Source: the human T2T-CHM13v2.0 reference genome, Homo sapiens. From it: a DNA stretch of 64,000 bases. This document shows, one piece after another, positions 1 to 13,100 of this stretch (positions within the stretch are counted from its first letter, which is position 1; each line of letters starts with the position of its first letter). The translations under genes were made by a program, and so were the position numbers. Below the pieces are notes generated by a model that saw only the letters and a list, made by a program, of their open reading frames with translations, did no database searches and was not told where the DNA came from. The stretch lies in assembly GCF_009914755.1 (NCBI RefSeq), contig NC_060927.1, one strand, 5' to 3'.

Positions 1-19
1 CTTACATGACAAGCACTGT

Positions 20-215
20 TTTAAGTATTTTACATATATTACTTAATTATTGTAATAACCTTATAAGGTACATTATTATTACCTCTTTTTTACATGAGGA
101 ACTGAAGCAAAGGGAAGTTATATAATTTGTTCAAGTTTACAAAGTTAGTAAGTATTGGATCCAAATACTGACCCATCTTGGTATAACTCCAAAAACTCAG
201 CTCTTAATCACTGTA
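20..215 (-). mobile_element. MIR
   Basis: attattacctctttttacatgaggaactgaagca...agtta core, reverse orientation. Confidence 0.7.
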
Positions 216-279
216 CAATACCAAGGTTAAAAAGGCGTATGCCTCAATATGTCCCAAATAAATGATACAATACACAATG

Positions 280-900
280 GAGAAGACACGGCTTAACAGC
301 CCACGTTTTAAAAACGTTTTTTGTTTTTGAGAATAAGCACAATATGGGTCAGCAGAGTGATTTGTAACAAAGTGACTGCCAAAAAAACATGCTCTATCTC
401 AAGCTGCATTAATAGAAATATTGTATCAAGGAGCCATGGTCATGCTGTTCTGCACACTGCCTCAGCTCCCACCTGCTCTGTATATCACACATCAAGGAGC
501 ACATCCACAAAGACAATAGGCAGGGTTTGAGAGACCAAGAATCAACAATGGTTCCTAGGAAGAAAGTTTTAAGGACTTGGGACTATTAGCTTGGAAAATG
601 GACAACTCAATTCAGGGGGCAGTCATGATAGCTGTCTTCATATATATATATCAAGTGCCACATGGAAGAGGGATTAGATTTTTTTTTGTGGTCTCAAGGG
701 GGTAGAAAAAGAAACAATGTGAAACTTAAAAGGAGAGAAATGATGTTAAAATACCAAAAAGAACTTTGTAGTGGTCAAAACTGTCAGAAGATGAAATAGA
801 CTGTCTTGGCAAGAAGAGAGTTCCCAGGATATGGATGTGTCACAGCAGAAGTTCCTTGCTGGGGATGTTGTTGAAGCTTCTAATGGGACCATGGCTAGAA
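280..900 (+). mobile_element. Ancient L3/CR1 LINE 3' fragment
   Basis: CR1-like motifs gctgcattaatagaaat, catgatagctgtcttca, gaagagggattagattt, aagaacttt...ctgtc; highly diverged. Confidence 0.6.
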
Positions 901-2437
901 AGACCTCTCTGCTAACGCTAAAGCATACTGATTTGATGATCAACTCCATTAGTGTAAAATCATTGTCCACTTAGAGACCTATTTTTATGGTATGATTCTT
1001 AAGTGTCTCCCTGGTCAGTCCCCTCCCCCTTCCTCCAAAAAAAAAGTAGACAGCTTCCAGAATGAGAAGTCTAGGACCTTTGTATTAACCCAACTCTGTT
1101 ACTAGCTTTATAATATTAAAGGAATAATTTAACATTTCCTCGCTTTAATTGTTTTCATTTATAAAGAAGGTCCCTCTATCTGTCTCACCTACCTCATCTG
1201 GATTTTAGTGAGTATGCTAGGCTGTCTCATGTAAAAGTGCTTTAGAAAATTACAACAATATGCAAGTATAATTTATAATGCCTACAATGTAAGTTCTGTT
1301 TACCATATATCTGGGACCCCCCCAACCTTTTCTGACACTTCTCTTATCCTTGGATTCTCTCTGAGCTTCCTTAGAATTTATGGCATTTTTGTTTGTTTTT
1401 GCTTGTCTTCTTCATTAATTTTACAAATCTTTGTTGTTATTGTTACATGTCAGTCATGTATTAGTTACTGTTCTAGCCACTGTTGGAAAATAAAACCTTG
1501 AAGGAGACAACATTTTCCTCAAGGTGTTTGCCATCAAATAAAGATCTCTACCAATACATACATAACATAATGCAAGGCAAGATATTTGAATGCCTTAAGA
1601 ATAACATAGATAAAATGCTATAAAAGATCACAGGAGAGTGGGAATTCAAAGATGTTTGGCCCCAAGAATCACCCTAGGAAAGCAGGATATTCTCCTCTTT
1701 CTTTCTTATCCCCAAGTCTTCTGGGACACCATAGAAGCTGGTTCTCTTCAAGATTATGAATTTCTGCATTGGTGCTAACAAGTGGTCCAACTATCCAAGC
1801 TCTAATTTTTACTGCCTTTGCATTGGCTTGAGGAGAAAGGTATGGTTTTCTCTATTTATTTTCCTGTAGAAAGAGAAAAAACACTTTTTCCTATAGAAAG
1901 AGAAAAAACGCTGAAGCTCAGCAAGGTCAAGTACAAGTCATAAATTGTTATGTAAGGCAGACCCTCATCATTGTAACTATCTAGAGTTTCAGTGCACAAA
2001 ACAAGGCCTGTTTCAAAGAGTGATTTATTACAAGTTTGCTTTTTTAGGTGCTTAATAATGCCCACCCAATAAGATGTTTGCTTTATCCTGGGATCAGGCT
2101 GACATCTCTTTTATGTGCAGAGATGGTGGAGCTGGTAGAGTGTAGGCTAAAAGGAAATTGCAAACACTGGGCAAGTAAGTTGTAACAGGTTCCATAAACT
2201 CCATTTGATATGATAGTTAAGTCCTAGAACACTTTCTGTAAAGCATCTGTCATTGGTTTGTCTGTGTGGAAAGATAAACACGAATAATACTGATTGAACC
2301 TTTAGTATATTCCAGGCTGATGCGTTTTATATGTATTGTTTCAATTATGATTATTCCCATTTAATAAACAAGGAAACTGAGTCAAAGTGATTGGGGAATT
2401 TTTCCAAAGTTACTCAGCTAGAAAGTGGCACAATCAG

Positions 2438-2884
<447 letters not shown>

Positions 2885-3614
2885 TTATGTCACAAAAAAT
2901 GGCCCATATAAAATAAAATTCAGAAAACAGACAAAGCCATGAGAAGGAGAAGTACGATAATCATGTAAGTTTAGTCTGTGATTGGTCATCAAATGTGAAA
3001 ACAAAAAGGGAAAAGGGTCGTCCCTTTTTAATGCCATTTTGCCCAAGTAACCAACCATTGTTTTTATTTTCATAACCCTACATTATAAAAATTAAGTAAA
3101 CTCCATGAAAGCTATGATTTTTTCTGATCATATTTTAAGTTTCGAGCATAACTAGCATTTAAAATTTCTTGGTATTTATTCTCAAATGAGGTAATAAACA
3201 TTTTAAAAGTATTTCCAAAATGGTAAAATACTACATTAAAGTTAGCTCTAAGCCTCTTTTCCTTACTTAGCAGTGAGGCCCTACGGACCACACAGTAGAA
3301 TGGAATTCTATTCTATCCCTTCTCCTAGGAGCAGGTAGTTTTCCTTTTCTGGCATCTGACATGCACAAGAGCACATGGAACCCTCTCAATAAATATTCTG
3401 CCAAAGAATATTGAAAAATGGCTTATGCTGGAACATGACGCCCAATGGAAATACGGTACCAATATATAATATGTGTTTAAAAAGGTGTCATTCTCTCAAT
3501 CCGAAGGCCTGTGGACCTAACAATTTTCTAGTAGCAGTAATGACTTATAGGAAGTCACTGCAATACACTTTATGTTCTTCTGCATCAGTCTTGGTCAGTT
3601 AGCACCTTGCACTC

Positions 3615-4050
3615 TCAGAGGTGTCCAAACTGGAATGCAAAGTCCTGGGGCATGTGCTAAGACTCTATCATAGGAATCCACACTTCTATGGACTATAGAA
3701 GAAATTAAACTCTTATTTATTTTTTATCTCATGCTTTTAAATTTTGTTTTTGTAAATATATGATTTATAATAATAAATAATAATCTATGCAATGGTGCAT
3801 TTTTTTTTTCTTTTTTGGTAGAGACAGTGTCTCTCTATCTTGATCAGGCTGGTCTCAAACTGTTGGTCTTGAACTCCTGGCCTCAAGCAGTCCTCCTGCC
3901 TTGGCCTTCCAAAGCACTGGGATTACAGGTGTGAGCCACGATGCCTGGTCCAGTGGTGAATTTTTAATGTGTACATGAATATACATATTGAGACTACATG
4001 CTCAAACATTTTACTGATAGCAATGTGTGATCTAAAAGTTTGAAGACCGT
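3615..4050 (-). mobile_element. hAT-Charlie-type non-autonomous DNA transposon remnant (MER113-like), interrupted by an Alu monomer
   Basis: Ends cagaggtgtccaaact... and ...aaagtttgaagacc resemble hAT TIRs; resembles the copy at 23364-23630. Confidence 0.45.
3799..3951 (-). mobile_element. Alu left monomer (FLAM-like)
   Basis: Single arm with poly-T; flanks caatggtgcattttt / cagtggtgaattttt. Confidence 0.85.
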
Positions 4051-4587
4051 ACCTCTAAATAATTCTGCTAAGCTAAGTGTAATTCAACAAAAATATCTTG
4101 TGACCATAAAAATATGAAGAATGTTTTCCTATGGTTGGAGGTTGGGGATAAGAGTGGGGAGTAGGATAGGCTTTTCTATTTTTCACAACATAGTTCTACT
4201 AGCAAATAATGCACAACACTTCACTCTGCAATTAAATGTAGCAACTCCTGTCGACTTTTTTTCCTTTTCAAAAAGGAGCACAGTGAAATTCTAAGAAAGT
4301 TTTTTTGGTTTTCCCTCCAATTCCCTCTTGCCTCTGAAGTTCATGATTTGGAGGGAAGGGTTGTCAAATTACTCAAAACCTGTGCTGGGTATTAAAAGTC
4401 CTCGGTTTAAGTTCCTTCTTCATTATCATTCTGTGCAATATGGAGCAGGCTATATAACTTGTCCCTGACTCATTTCTCCTATGGGTAAACTAGAGGTGAT
4501 AATACTTAGCACTGACCTCAGAGCAGTGTAGTGTGGATAAAGAACATTTTGTTCCTTGTGTCAACTAAATGAAACTGCCATTAATAG

Positions 4588-4886
<299 letters not shown>

Positions 4887-4915
4887 CTAATACAAACTTT
4901 GATATTATCTGTTTA

Positions 4916-5258
<343 letters not shown>

Positions 5259-6699
5259 TTAAAAATGATTTTTCTAAAAAAATAAACATCACATTTCTAA
5301 ATACCACTTTGTTTTCTGAACTTTTTAAACTTTTCTGATTTTGTTTCTCTTTCTCCCTCTTACACAGGAGTGCTCACATGCACACATACACTCTTTTAAC
5401 AACTTTATGGATGCGAGAGAAAAACCTTAAGACAGCATCAAGGAAATAAAAGGGGAACTGAAATAAGTTGCCCTAGTTGGGTTTTCTTTAAGTTTTAAAG
5501 CTACTTACCTAGGCCATAAAATCGTAGTGTTTATGTAATCTCCAAAATGTTTGTATTTGAGAATAATTCACCAACTCTTAAAACGGAAGGAACCCTAAGA
5601 AAACATCTAGGCCTAAGATAATGCCTGACACATAGTAGATGCTGAATAAACATTTAATTGAGGGAATCTGGAAAAGCTTCTTATTTTAATCTTAAAAATC
5701 AAAACCAAGTCTGAGCATTGGAGAGGTTAAGTAACTTGCTCAAGATTGCTCAGCTGGTTAAAGAGTTTAATCTACAATTTATTCCTTCTAATTTCCAGCT
5801 TTGACTTCTTTCCACCAACCTGTTGACTTATGTGTATTGAACTGTCTCATATAATCTTCTGAAGTTGCATTGTTGAAAAACAATCAGAAAGACCAGTCCT
5901 GAGGTTCATCATCTCCAAAAGTCATGCAACATATGATGTTCACATGAGATGTGAAATATGTAAAGAGTCATATATTTTTATATATAATATGCAAAATATA
6001 AATCATGTATATATTGAATCAAAGGTCTGTTTTGAAGGCTAAGGGTCAATAGCCAATCTTCCATGACTTATTTTACCTAACAGCACAGTTTGCATGTCCA
6101 CACAGGTGATGGCAGTCCACTGACCAGTTAAAAGTTGTTTGGCTATTTCAGCAAAATGTTTATCTTTGTGTGTTGTTATATTGATTTTTTTGAATCTACC
6201 TACGAATGAGGCACTAACAACCTCAATGCATTAGAGTCCTGATAAACTTATCTTGCACTATTTTGGCCTATGTGATAGCTAACCCATTGACAAAAGAAAT
6301 CCAAGGTGATAAAAGCCTTTCTTGGCCACTTGTTAGCCGGGTCAGGCTGTAAAATCGTAACACAATGCAGGCCTCTTCCATGGGGCACCAAAAGGCAGCG
6401 ATGAAAAACCCCCCTCACTTCCATATCCAGTGGAGTTGTAGTTTATTACCATAACCCTCCCAAGTCAAAAGGACACCAGTTTCAAGCCTTGCAACTTGGT
6501 GCAGACAGGGGTTTTCCCCTTTACCCCACTCTGCTGGGCCTCTTTACCTGTCCTCTCCTACTGTCTACAGGTCCCGAACATTAGAAAATAGAAAATGTGA
6601 TGATCTTTGTGTGTCTCTGTAAAATGTGTGTATGTGTGCGTGTGTTTGGGTGTAACGGGCCTCTTGTTTGGCTGCGCGGCCTGTCCGTCACTGCGCGGG

Positions 6700-6725
6700 C
6701 CAATGGCAGGCTGCCTTATATAAAA
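6700..6725 (+). promoter_or_regulatory. Core promoter: CCAAT box (6700-6704) and TATA box (TATATAAAA, 6717-6725)
   Basis: gggCCAATggcaggctgcctTATATAAAAtg at the 5' edge of the CpG island, upstream of an exon-like segment ending in a donor site. Confidence 0.75.
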
Positions 6726-6744
6726 TGAGTGTTTTCAGTCTCTC

Positions 6745-6893
6745 CGGGTTGCATGTACTGTATGTGGAGCAGTGTACAGTGAAGCGGAGGCAGAGCGGCT
6801 CCGCGAGCTTCTCTCCACTTTCCCATAGAGAAACCCTGACTGGCCGCTGAGGGCTAGCTACACACACGCCCTCACGCCCGGCGAGCCCGCGAG
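6745..6893 (+). other. BBX: Non-coding first exon (5'UTR), probably BBX; start approximate
   Basis: Follows the TATA box and ends at donor GAG|GTAGGC (6893/6894). The join ...GCCCGCGAG|GTCACTATCATATGAC... matches my recollection of the BBX mRNA leader (recall, not verified). Confidence 0.75.
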
Positions 6894-7004
6894 GTAGGCG
6901 CCCCCCATCCCCAGCCCTCCCTGGGCGCACTCCCCTCACTTTCTGTTTTCCTACTCACTTGCGAGCCGCCGGGCTGCAGCCCCAAGGACTCCGCGGCAGG
7001 AGCA

Positions 7005-7033
7005 GCGGCGGCGGCGGCGGCGGCGGCGGCGGC
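7005..7033 (+). repeat. (GCG)9 trinucleotide repeat
   Basis: Uninterrupted GCG x9 + GC, ~110 bp downstream of the exon 1 donor. Confidence 0.95.
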
Positions 7034-7707
7034 AGCCGGTAGGGTGGACTTGAGGAAGACGGAGGGAACCCCGCGCGTCCGGAGCCGCCGCCAGCCGGCC
7101 CGCTCCCTGGGCACTTTCCCCCTCCGCCAAAACTTTGGGTCGGGAGAGGTCGGGGGCGAGGGTCGCGGCGGCCGCGCCGGCTGGGGCCGGGGGGCGGGGG
7201 GCGCTGAGGCAGTGCCCTGCGAGCGGGAGGCTGGGGGCCGGGCTGGGGAGTAGTAGGCCAGCCGGTGCCAGGCTGCGTTTGCAACCAGCACCTCTCGGCA
7301 CACAGGCAGCGCCGCCTGAGAGGGGCACGGGCGCCGGGGCGCGGGCTGGAGCGGCCCCAGGAAAACAACAACAGAGCCCTCACGCCGGCGGGCGGCTCGT
7401 GGCCGCCCGGGGAGCCCCAAACTTCATCTCGGCGAAAGTACGTGGAGCCCTGCCTGGTCTCGGCTGCCGGGGAGGTGGGGCCTGGGGAGCAGGGGCAGTG
7501 GAGGAAGGTACGAGGAGCCAGCCTTCGGTGGATTTATTGAACGTTTCGTCTGCGTTGGTGACCGGGAACAGCAGCCCAGTTGCTCGTTCATCTGGAGAGT
7601 TGGGATTTGGGTGTTCCGGCCCCGCAGATCAGTGCCCTCTCACCCCCCACCCCTACCCAAATGCGCGGCGAGTAGAGAAAGTGCTGTTTTAGTGCCAGAG
7701 TAGCCTG

Positions 7708-7851
7708 GAGGAAGAATAGGGGGAGAGGGGGAAGAGGGCGAGGGAGAAGGGGAGAGAGAAGAGGGAGGGAAGGGGGGGGAGAGAGGGAGACAGAGAGAGA
7801 GGGAGAGAGAGAACGGGAGGGAAGAGAGGAGGGGGAAGAGGAGGAGGGAGG
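7708..7851 (+). repeat. Polypurine (GA-rich) low-complexity tract
   Basis: ~140 nt almost only G/A. Confidence 0.9.
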
Positions 7852-7980
7852 CTGTGTCAGGATTTTGCTTGAATGTGGGATTATGTTGTGTCAATAAGTT
7901 TAAGGTGGAGAGAGCGAGGCTGAGGGTGGTGGTGGAGGGGAGGAGGAAGGCCTTGGCCGTTTAAAGTCTTATTTCTGAAG
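7852..7980 (+). other. Probable alternative non-coding first exon; start uncertain
   Basis: Consensus donor GAAG|GTAAGT at 7980/7981, downstream of a long purine tract inside the promoter island. Confidence 0.5.
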
Positions 7981-9100
7981 GTAAGTTACGGCTTTGCCTG
8001 GTCGCGATGACAGAAAACTTGCAGATCCTTTATCCGGGGATGGGGTCGATGCCTCTAGAAAGAGCTCCCTAGCCCTCTTAAGCCACACTCGTGTTACACT
8101 GTTATTTGCTGCGATCCGGGTCGCTAGTAAATTACAGAAATCAGACTCGAGGTTTCTTTTCCTCCTCCACCTCGTCTCGCTCACTCACCCTCTGAAATTT
8201 ATTATCATATTTTATTTATTTTTTGGTATTGTATGAAACTTAACATAACTGAGACCGAACCCGAGTCCTGTAATTTACAAGGACCCTGAATCCCAGAATC
8301 TGGAACACGTTTATGTGTGAAATAGCCGCGATCATTTCTGCTAAATGAGGAAGGTAAAACGAAACGATGCAAAAAGCTAAGACACAACATGTACGACAGA
8401 GGGGGGGGGGGGAGAGGGAGAGACAGAGAGAGAAGCTATTTTTTGCTTTCCTTTCTGTAGGAAGGAAAATAAAGCGTGCATTCCCCTTCCTTCCCAGTGT
8501 GTAGGGTCTAGTCAATATTTTAACTGTCTGTGGACAAATTAGTCCAGGTGGATCTTGTTGAAAAGTTTCGCGAGGTGGGGTGGAGGTGGGGGGGGGGGCG
8601 AAGGGGAAGGTGGGTGGAGGTTGTGGGGGATGGGGACGGAGCGAGCTCTGCCTCTGCTAATGGTCATTGGCCTGGGGCTTTGAAACCATTGCCTGTCCTG
8701 CTAATGACACGTCCAGTTCTCTTCTCCCGGCCGCGGACGCCGGGCTGCCGTTCCCGGGGTGGCTGACTGGGACTGGGGTACTTTCCCCGTGCGGGGAGGG
8801 GCGTTCTTCGCCATCTCCTGGGGTTGCCCACTGGCGGCGTGGGGGCCCCCACGCGGCCCCCCGCCCCTGCGCGCCGCCGCCACCTCTGCTCGCGCGACTT
8901 TTGTAGGCAGCCAGCGGCCCAGGGGCGCCGGGGGTCCCCGGCGCCGACGTCCCCGCGCGGCCACCCCGGGTCCGGCCCCACGCGCTCTGCGCCGCGCGGT
9001 CCAAGCCCGGAATGGCAGCGCCGGGCCGGGCGCCGGCGGTGCCTCCCTGGGGGGCAGCGGAGGCAGAGGCAGTGGCGGCGGGATCTTCGCCGGGGCCCGC

Positions 9101-9163
9101 GGGAGGAGGAGGAGGAGAGGGAGAAGGAGGAGGGGAAGAAGGAGGAAGAGGAGGAGAGGGAGG
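9101..9163 (+). repeat. (GGA)n-like polypurine tract
   Basis: gggaggaggaggaggagagggagaaggaggaggggaagaaggagg... Confidence 0.9.
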
Positions 9164-10111
9164 CGTTTTCTGCCCAGACCGCCGCCAGTTCGAGCAGGCA
9201 CGGGCACGGGGACACCCCACTCGTTGCTCCTCCGTTATGGAAAGGTGTTTAGCAGACTTTTACGCCCGGAGTGTGGTATTTGCACTTCATTTTTTCTTCC
9301 CCCCTCTTTCCCAAAGCAAGATGGACTCTATTCCCTTTCTCTTTCTCCCACTGCCTCTGCCTCTGTCTTGTCAGCCTTTAAGATCGACATTTTGTACTAA
9401 GATGCAAACTTGATGGTGACCAGCAACAAAGCCGGGGTGGGATCCCTCGCTCTCTTCCTCCCTCCTTGTTTCCTAGCTCCCCCCACCCCGACCTCGCAGA
9501 CCTGGTGGCCCTGCACTTGCCGCTGTGGGCTTTGGCGAATGTGTTTTCCCTGGTCGGTTCCTATCTCCAATCTGGGGATTGTGACCCGGGCTGGGTGTTT
9601 GGGAGACGGCAGTGGCCGCCCAGGTCTGAAAGGCTGAGGGCTTCGATACCTGGACCCGCTGCCGCCGCGGTGGCACCTCCCGCCGTCTCCTGGGCAAGGC
9701 GAGGCTCGGGCTGCCTATCGATCCCTATGATTTGGTTACTGGTGTGTTTGTCCTGGGGGCGGTGATCACTTGTGCAAGTTGATGAATGATCGCGGTGTGG
9801 TTTTTGCGTTTGCAGAATGGATCAACTTTCTGCTTTGTACATGTGGGGAGTAGGAAGCGAGGGTACGGGAGATACCCTAGAATGCCAGTTGGGTTGCCCC
9901 CCAGCCTCTGCCCTTTCAATACGGGGAGCTTCTTTGCCTTCTGTTCCCACAGTTCTCCAGTGTCGGGGGGTGGTAGAGAAAGGGGAGGGGTTAGTGGGAG
10001 CTGGACTCCTGGGTTTTGGTACCTTCTCTTCATAGATGTTACAGGACTTGGGACTGTACTATTGTAAAGCCCTACTATACTGATGATGTACCTTTATTTG
10101 ATACTTTATAG

Positions 10112-10183
10112 GTCACTATCATATGACAAAGGCTTTGCCGCAGTTCATCTTCCTCCCTGTGTACTTTCCATTTGCCTTCCTGG
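10112..10183 (+). other. BBX: 5'UTR exon 2 (72 nt), probably BBX
   Basis: Acceptor ctttatttgatactttatAG|GTCAC (10111/10112) and consensus donor TGG|GTAAGT (10183/10184). Confidence 0.8.
10123..10183 (+). CDS. 5' part of a candidate upstream ORF, MTKALPQFIFLPVYFPFAFL..., open through the exon 2 donor
   Basis: ATG at 10123; 20 codons plus 1 nt with no stop up to the splice donor. Translation is not shown by the sequence. Confidence 0.4.
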
Positions 10184-13100
10184 GTAAGTATGCAAACTGT
10201 TCGTACAGGGAAGCAGGATGACAATTAGTAATGACATAAGGGTCTTTATTGTTCACAGAGGAAGATGCTTTATTGGGGTTACAGCACCCCAGAAACCTTG
10301 TCTCACTGAGTTTCCCACAGCATAAGTCAGTTTATGATTCTTAGTGTTTAGAATTCAGCTGTGGGTTATTATTAAGATAGTAAATATTCATTTTGTGTTT
10401 ATCTACAAGTAATTGTCGTTTCAAAACTTATTCTCAAATAGACATTTTAATTTATAATGAAATTTTACATGGCATTGAAGGTCTAGTAAATTTAATGCTA
10501 GACAATACTATAGGAAGAGTGCAGTGTATGAGTGGAGAGAATTATTAAAAACCCAAGGAAGCATTGTGCAGAAGTCCTCTAATTATAGTGACTGACATTT
10601 GCTTACTCTCTCTCAAGTTCTCTTTCTTGAGTAACCTGTGGTGTTTGTAACAGTTACTTTTGGGGTGGGGAAAGGTGGGATTGGCAGTGTGGTAAATCTA
10701 GCGTTTAGTGCACTAATTTGATTCAAAATTGATCATAATTTCTTTTAAAACTTACATGTTTGGAGAAATTAGGAACAATTCGGTAGCCTGTAAATTTAAT
10801 AAACAAAGACTTTGAGATCTGTTGTTAAGTGCCTTTTTCAGATATATGACTCCCAAGTGGAAAAATCTGCAAAATATGTGTGGGACAGTAAGTGTGTGGA
10901 AAATTTGTGAGAGGTAACAGTGTGGGTAAGAACTGAGGGTTTACAGAGCATTTGAAAGCAGCACAGTGAGCCTAATCTGCAGAAAACCACCTTGTAAGTT
11001 TGCCCCTCCATTGTAAAGGAACACCCCAGGTACTCTTGAGTTGTTGATGTTTGGAAACTAGTACTAAATTGTGTAAATCAGCTGTAGTGCTTTGTAATAT
11101 TACCATAGTGAATTTAGAGATTGTATTTTGTGAATGAAAATGAACTTGAACTTACTTTTCTGTGAAAGAAAATTTAGAGACCTCATCTGTGGTGTTTCCT
11201 GGATTGCTGACATAATGTGTACATTAACAAAATTATTGTCTTTGTATTAAGAATATAAAACTGTTGTCTTAGTATTGAGTTAGAGGACTAGACCTTTCTG
11301 GTAGTGTCCATTTGGTAACAAAATATACTTTCATGTTATTGAAGACTTTAGATAATCTATGTAAGTTTTGCATTGAACATTTAGAAAATCTAGAGAACTT
11401 TAGATAATCTGTATATGTTTTGCATCGAACATTTTCTATGGAATATAAATATTGCATTACTGCTGATAATTAGGTGGTTTGTTCACTAAGAGCTCAGAAT
11501 ACATCACATACATAGCAGGCCAATCGGAGTGTCAAAATGAGAAGGTTCTATAAGTTGAATTTAGTGCACACTAAAATACATGGATTTCATTGTCTTTGAG
11601 TTTTTTTAAAGCTTGTTTGAAAAGTTTCATTTTGGGCAAGAGTATTCAAAATGCATTCTTGATTACTAAAGAACACCACATTTATACTGTTAGGCACATT
11701 ATTTTGTTCATTGCAACAAACTGTTAATATTCCTTCCCCATGGAAATGTGTTTGACCAATTCAGAAATTAATATGATAGGTTAGTAATGTTGAGAATAAA
11801 AGTCTGATAAGTGCTTGTATTTCTTTGAGATATCAAGTGACTGCTTCATTAAAACAATATTTTCAAGAACAGTCTTGGACTTTGAAGTCAGTGAAGTAGT
11901 TCTGATAGTGTAAATCTTGTAATAGTGATCTAAAAAAAGTCATTTTGACAATGAATTGCCAGTTATTGGCATCTAAAATGTATCTATTAGATTTGAGGCT
12001 TACTTATCAAAATAAGAATTTAAAGACGTTTTTGCTTCTCCATTTCCAAGTGTTTCCAAACTTCCCATTTTATTATTCTGCATGTCTCTGTTAGGTTCTG
12101 AAACTGAAGCCCTAGTTTGCATTTCACATTTAATGCTAGCTATTGAAAAGGTGGCTCATCTATATTGTTTCCTAGTGTTACCTCTTTGGAGGTACTGTGG
12201 CAGTTTTAGGAAAAATCTTTCTCTAGAGACATAGATGTTTTTTAAAATTTGCAATTTTTGAAACATTAAGAAAATGTATCTTGATCTTCGTATCCATTTT
12301 TTTGTTCAAGGTATATGAGTTTTTGAGATAGCTGTGCTTTTAACATACTTTGAAAATGGTATATATAGCACTTTTGACCTTATAGATCTGATTTTTATAC
12401 TTAATCCATTAAAACAGATTCATGTAGACATTGAATTTAGAACATATCTTTGAATGAAAATGAGGTTGCACATATGATTACGATTGGCCTGTGCCGTAAG
12501 TAACTACGTAGTTGATAAGTTTTCTGTATGTTGTAAAAATAAATAGGTCTGAAGATGTTGTGCAACTCATGAAAATCTAACTCAGTAGCTAAAATATTTA
12601 TAAAGCCACACTTTTCAGTAAAATCACAGGCAATTTTTAATTACTAGTCAATAGTCAGCCTACTAACAGTATATGTTTTCTTACATTTCATAAAGAACAT
12701 GGGTAAAAGCAAGGGGTATATTTTTAAGTAGATCTTGTCATGAATTTCAATTACTTTTATATTAGAAATCTTTAATAGAAATGGTAAAGGCTTCACAGCT
12801 CTATACTACTAAAAAAAGAACTTTTTGAAAACAGTTCCATTACAGATGTGCCTTTTTGCTGTACTACAGGAAGTCCCTGAAGTTATTATTAGTGTCTTAA
12901 AAAAGTATATAAAATGTTGACAATTGTTACATCAAATGCTCCAAATTACTAAATATAGGCATTAATTTTAACATATTACATTACCACCAACGTGGCATAC
13001 CTGTGCTTTAAGATTTAACCTTAAGCAGGTGCTTAACTTAAGAGGAAGATGCTTTTCTTGAACTTGTACCTTGAAGTCCATCTCATTGTTTAACATTTCA

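Larger units (their letters stand above)
6650..9780. promoter_or_regulatory. CpG island(s) over the promoter, first exons and start of intron 1
   Basis: Abrupt switch to very GC/CpG-rich sequence (dense at ~6650-7690 and ~8570-9780) in a CpG-depleted AT-rich background. Confidence 0.93.

Noticed and set aside
6668-10067. Many long overlapping ORFs (up to 213 aa) on both strands
   Set aside because: Expected from stop-codon scarcity in a CpG island; low-complexity Pro/Gly/Arg/Ala translations, often non-ATG starts, no recognisable domain
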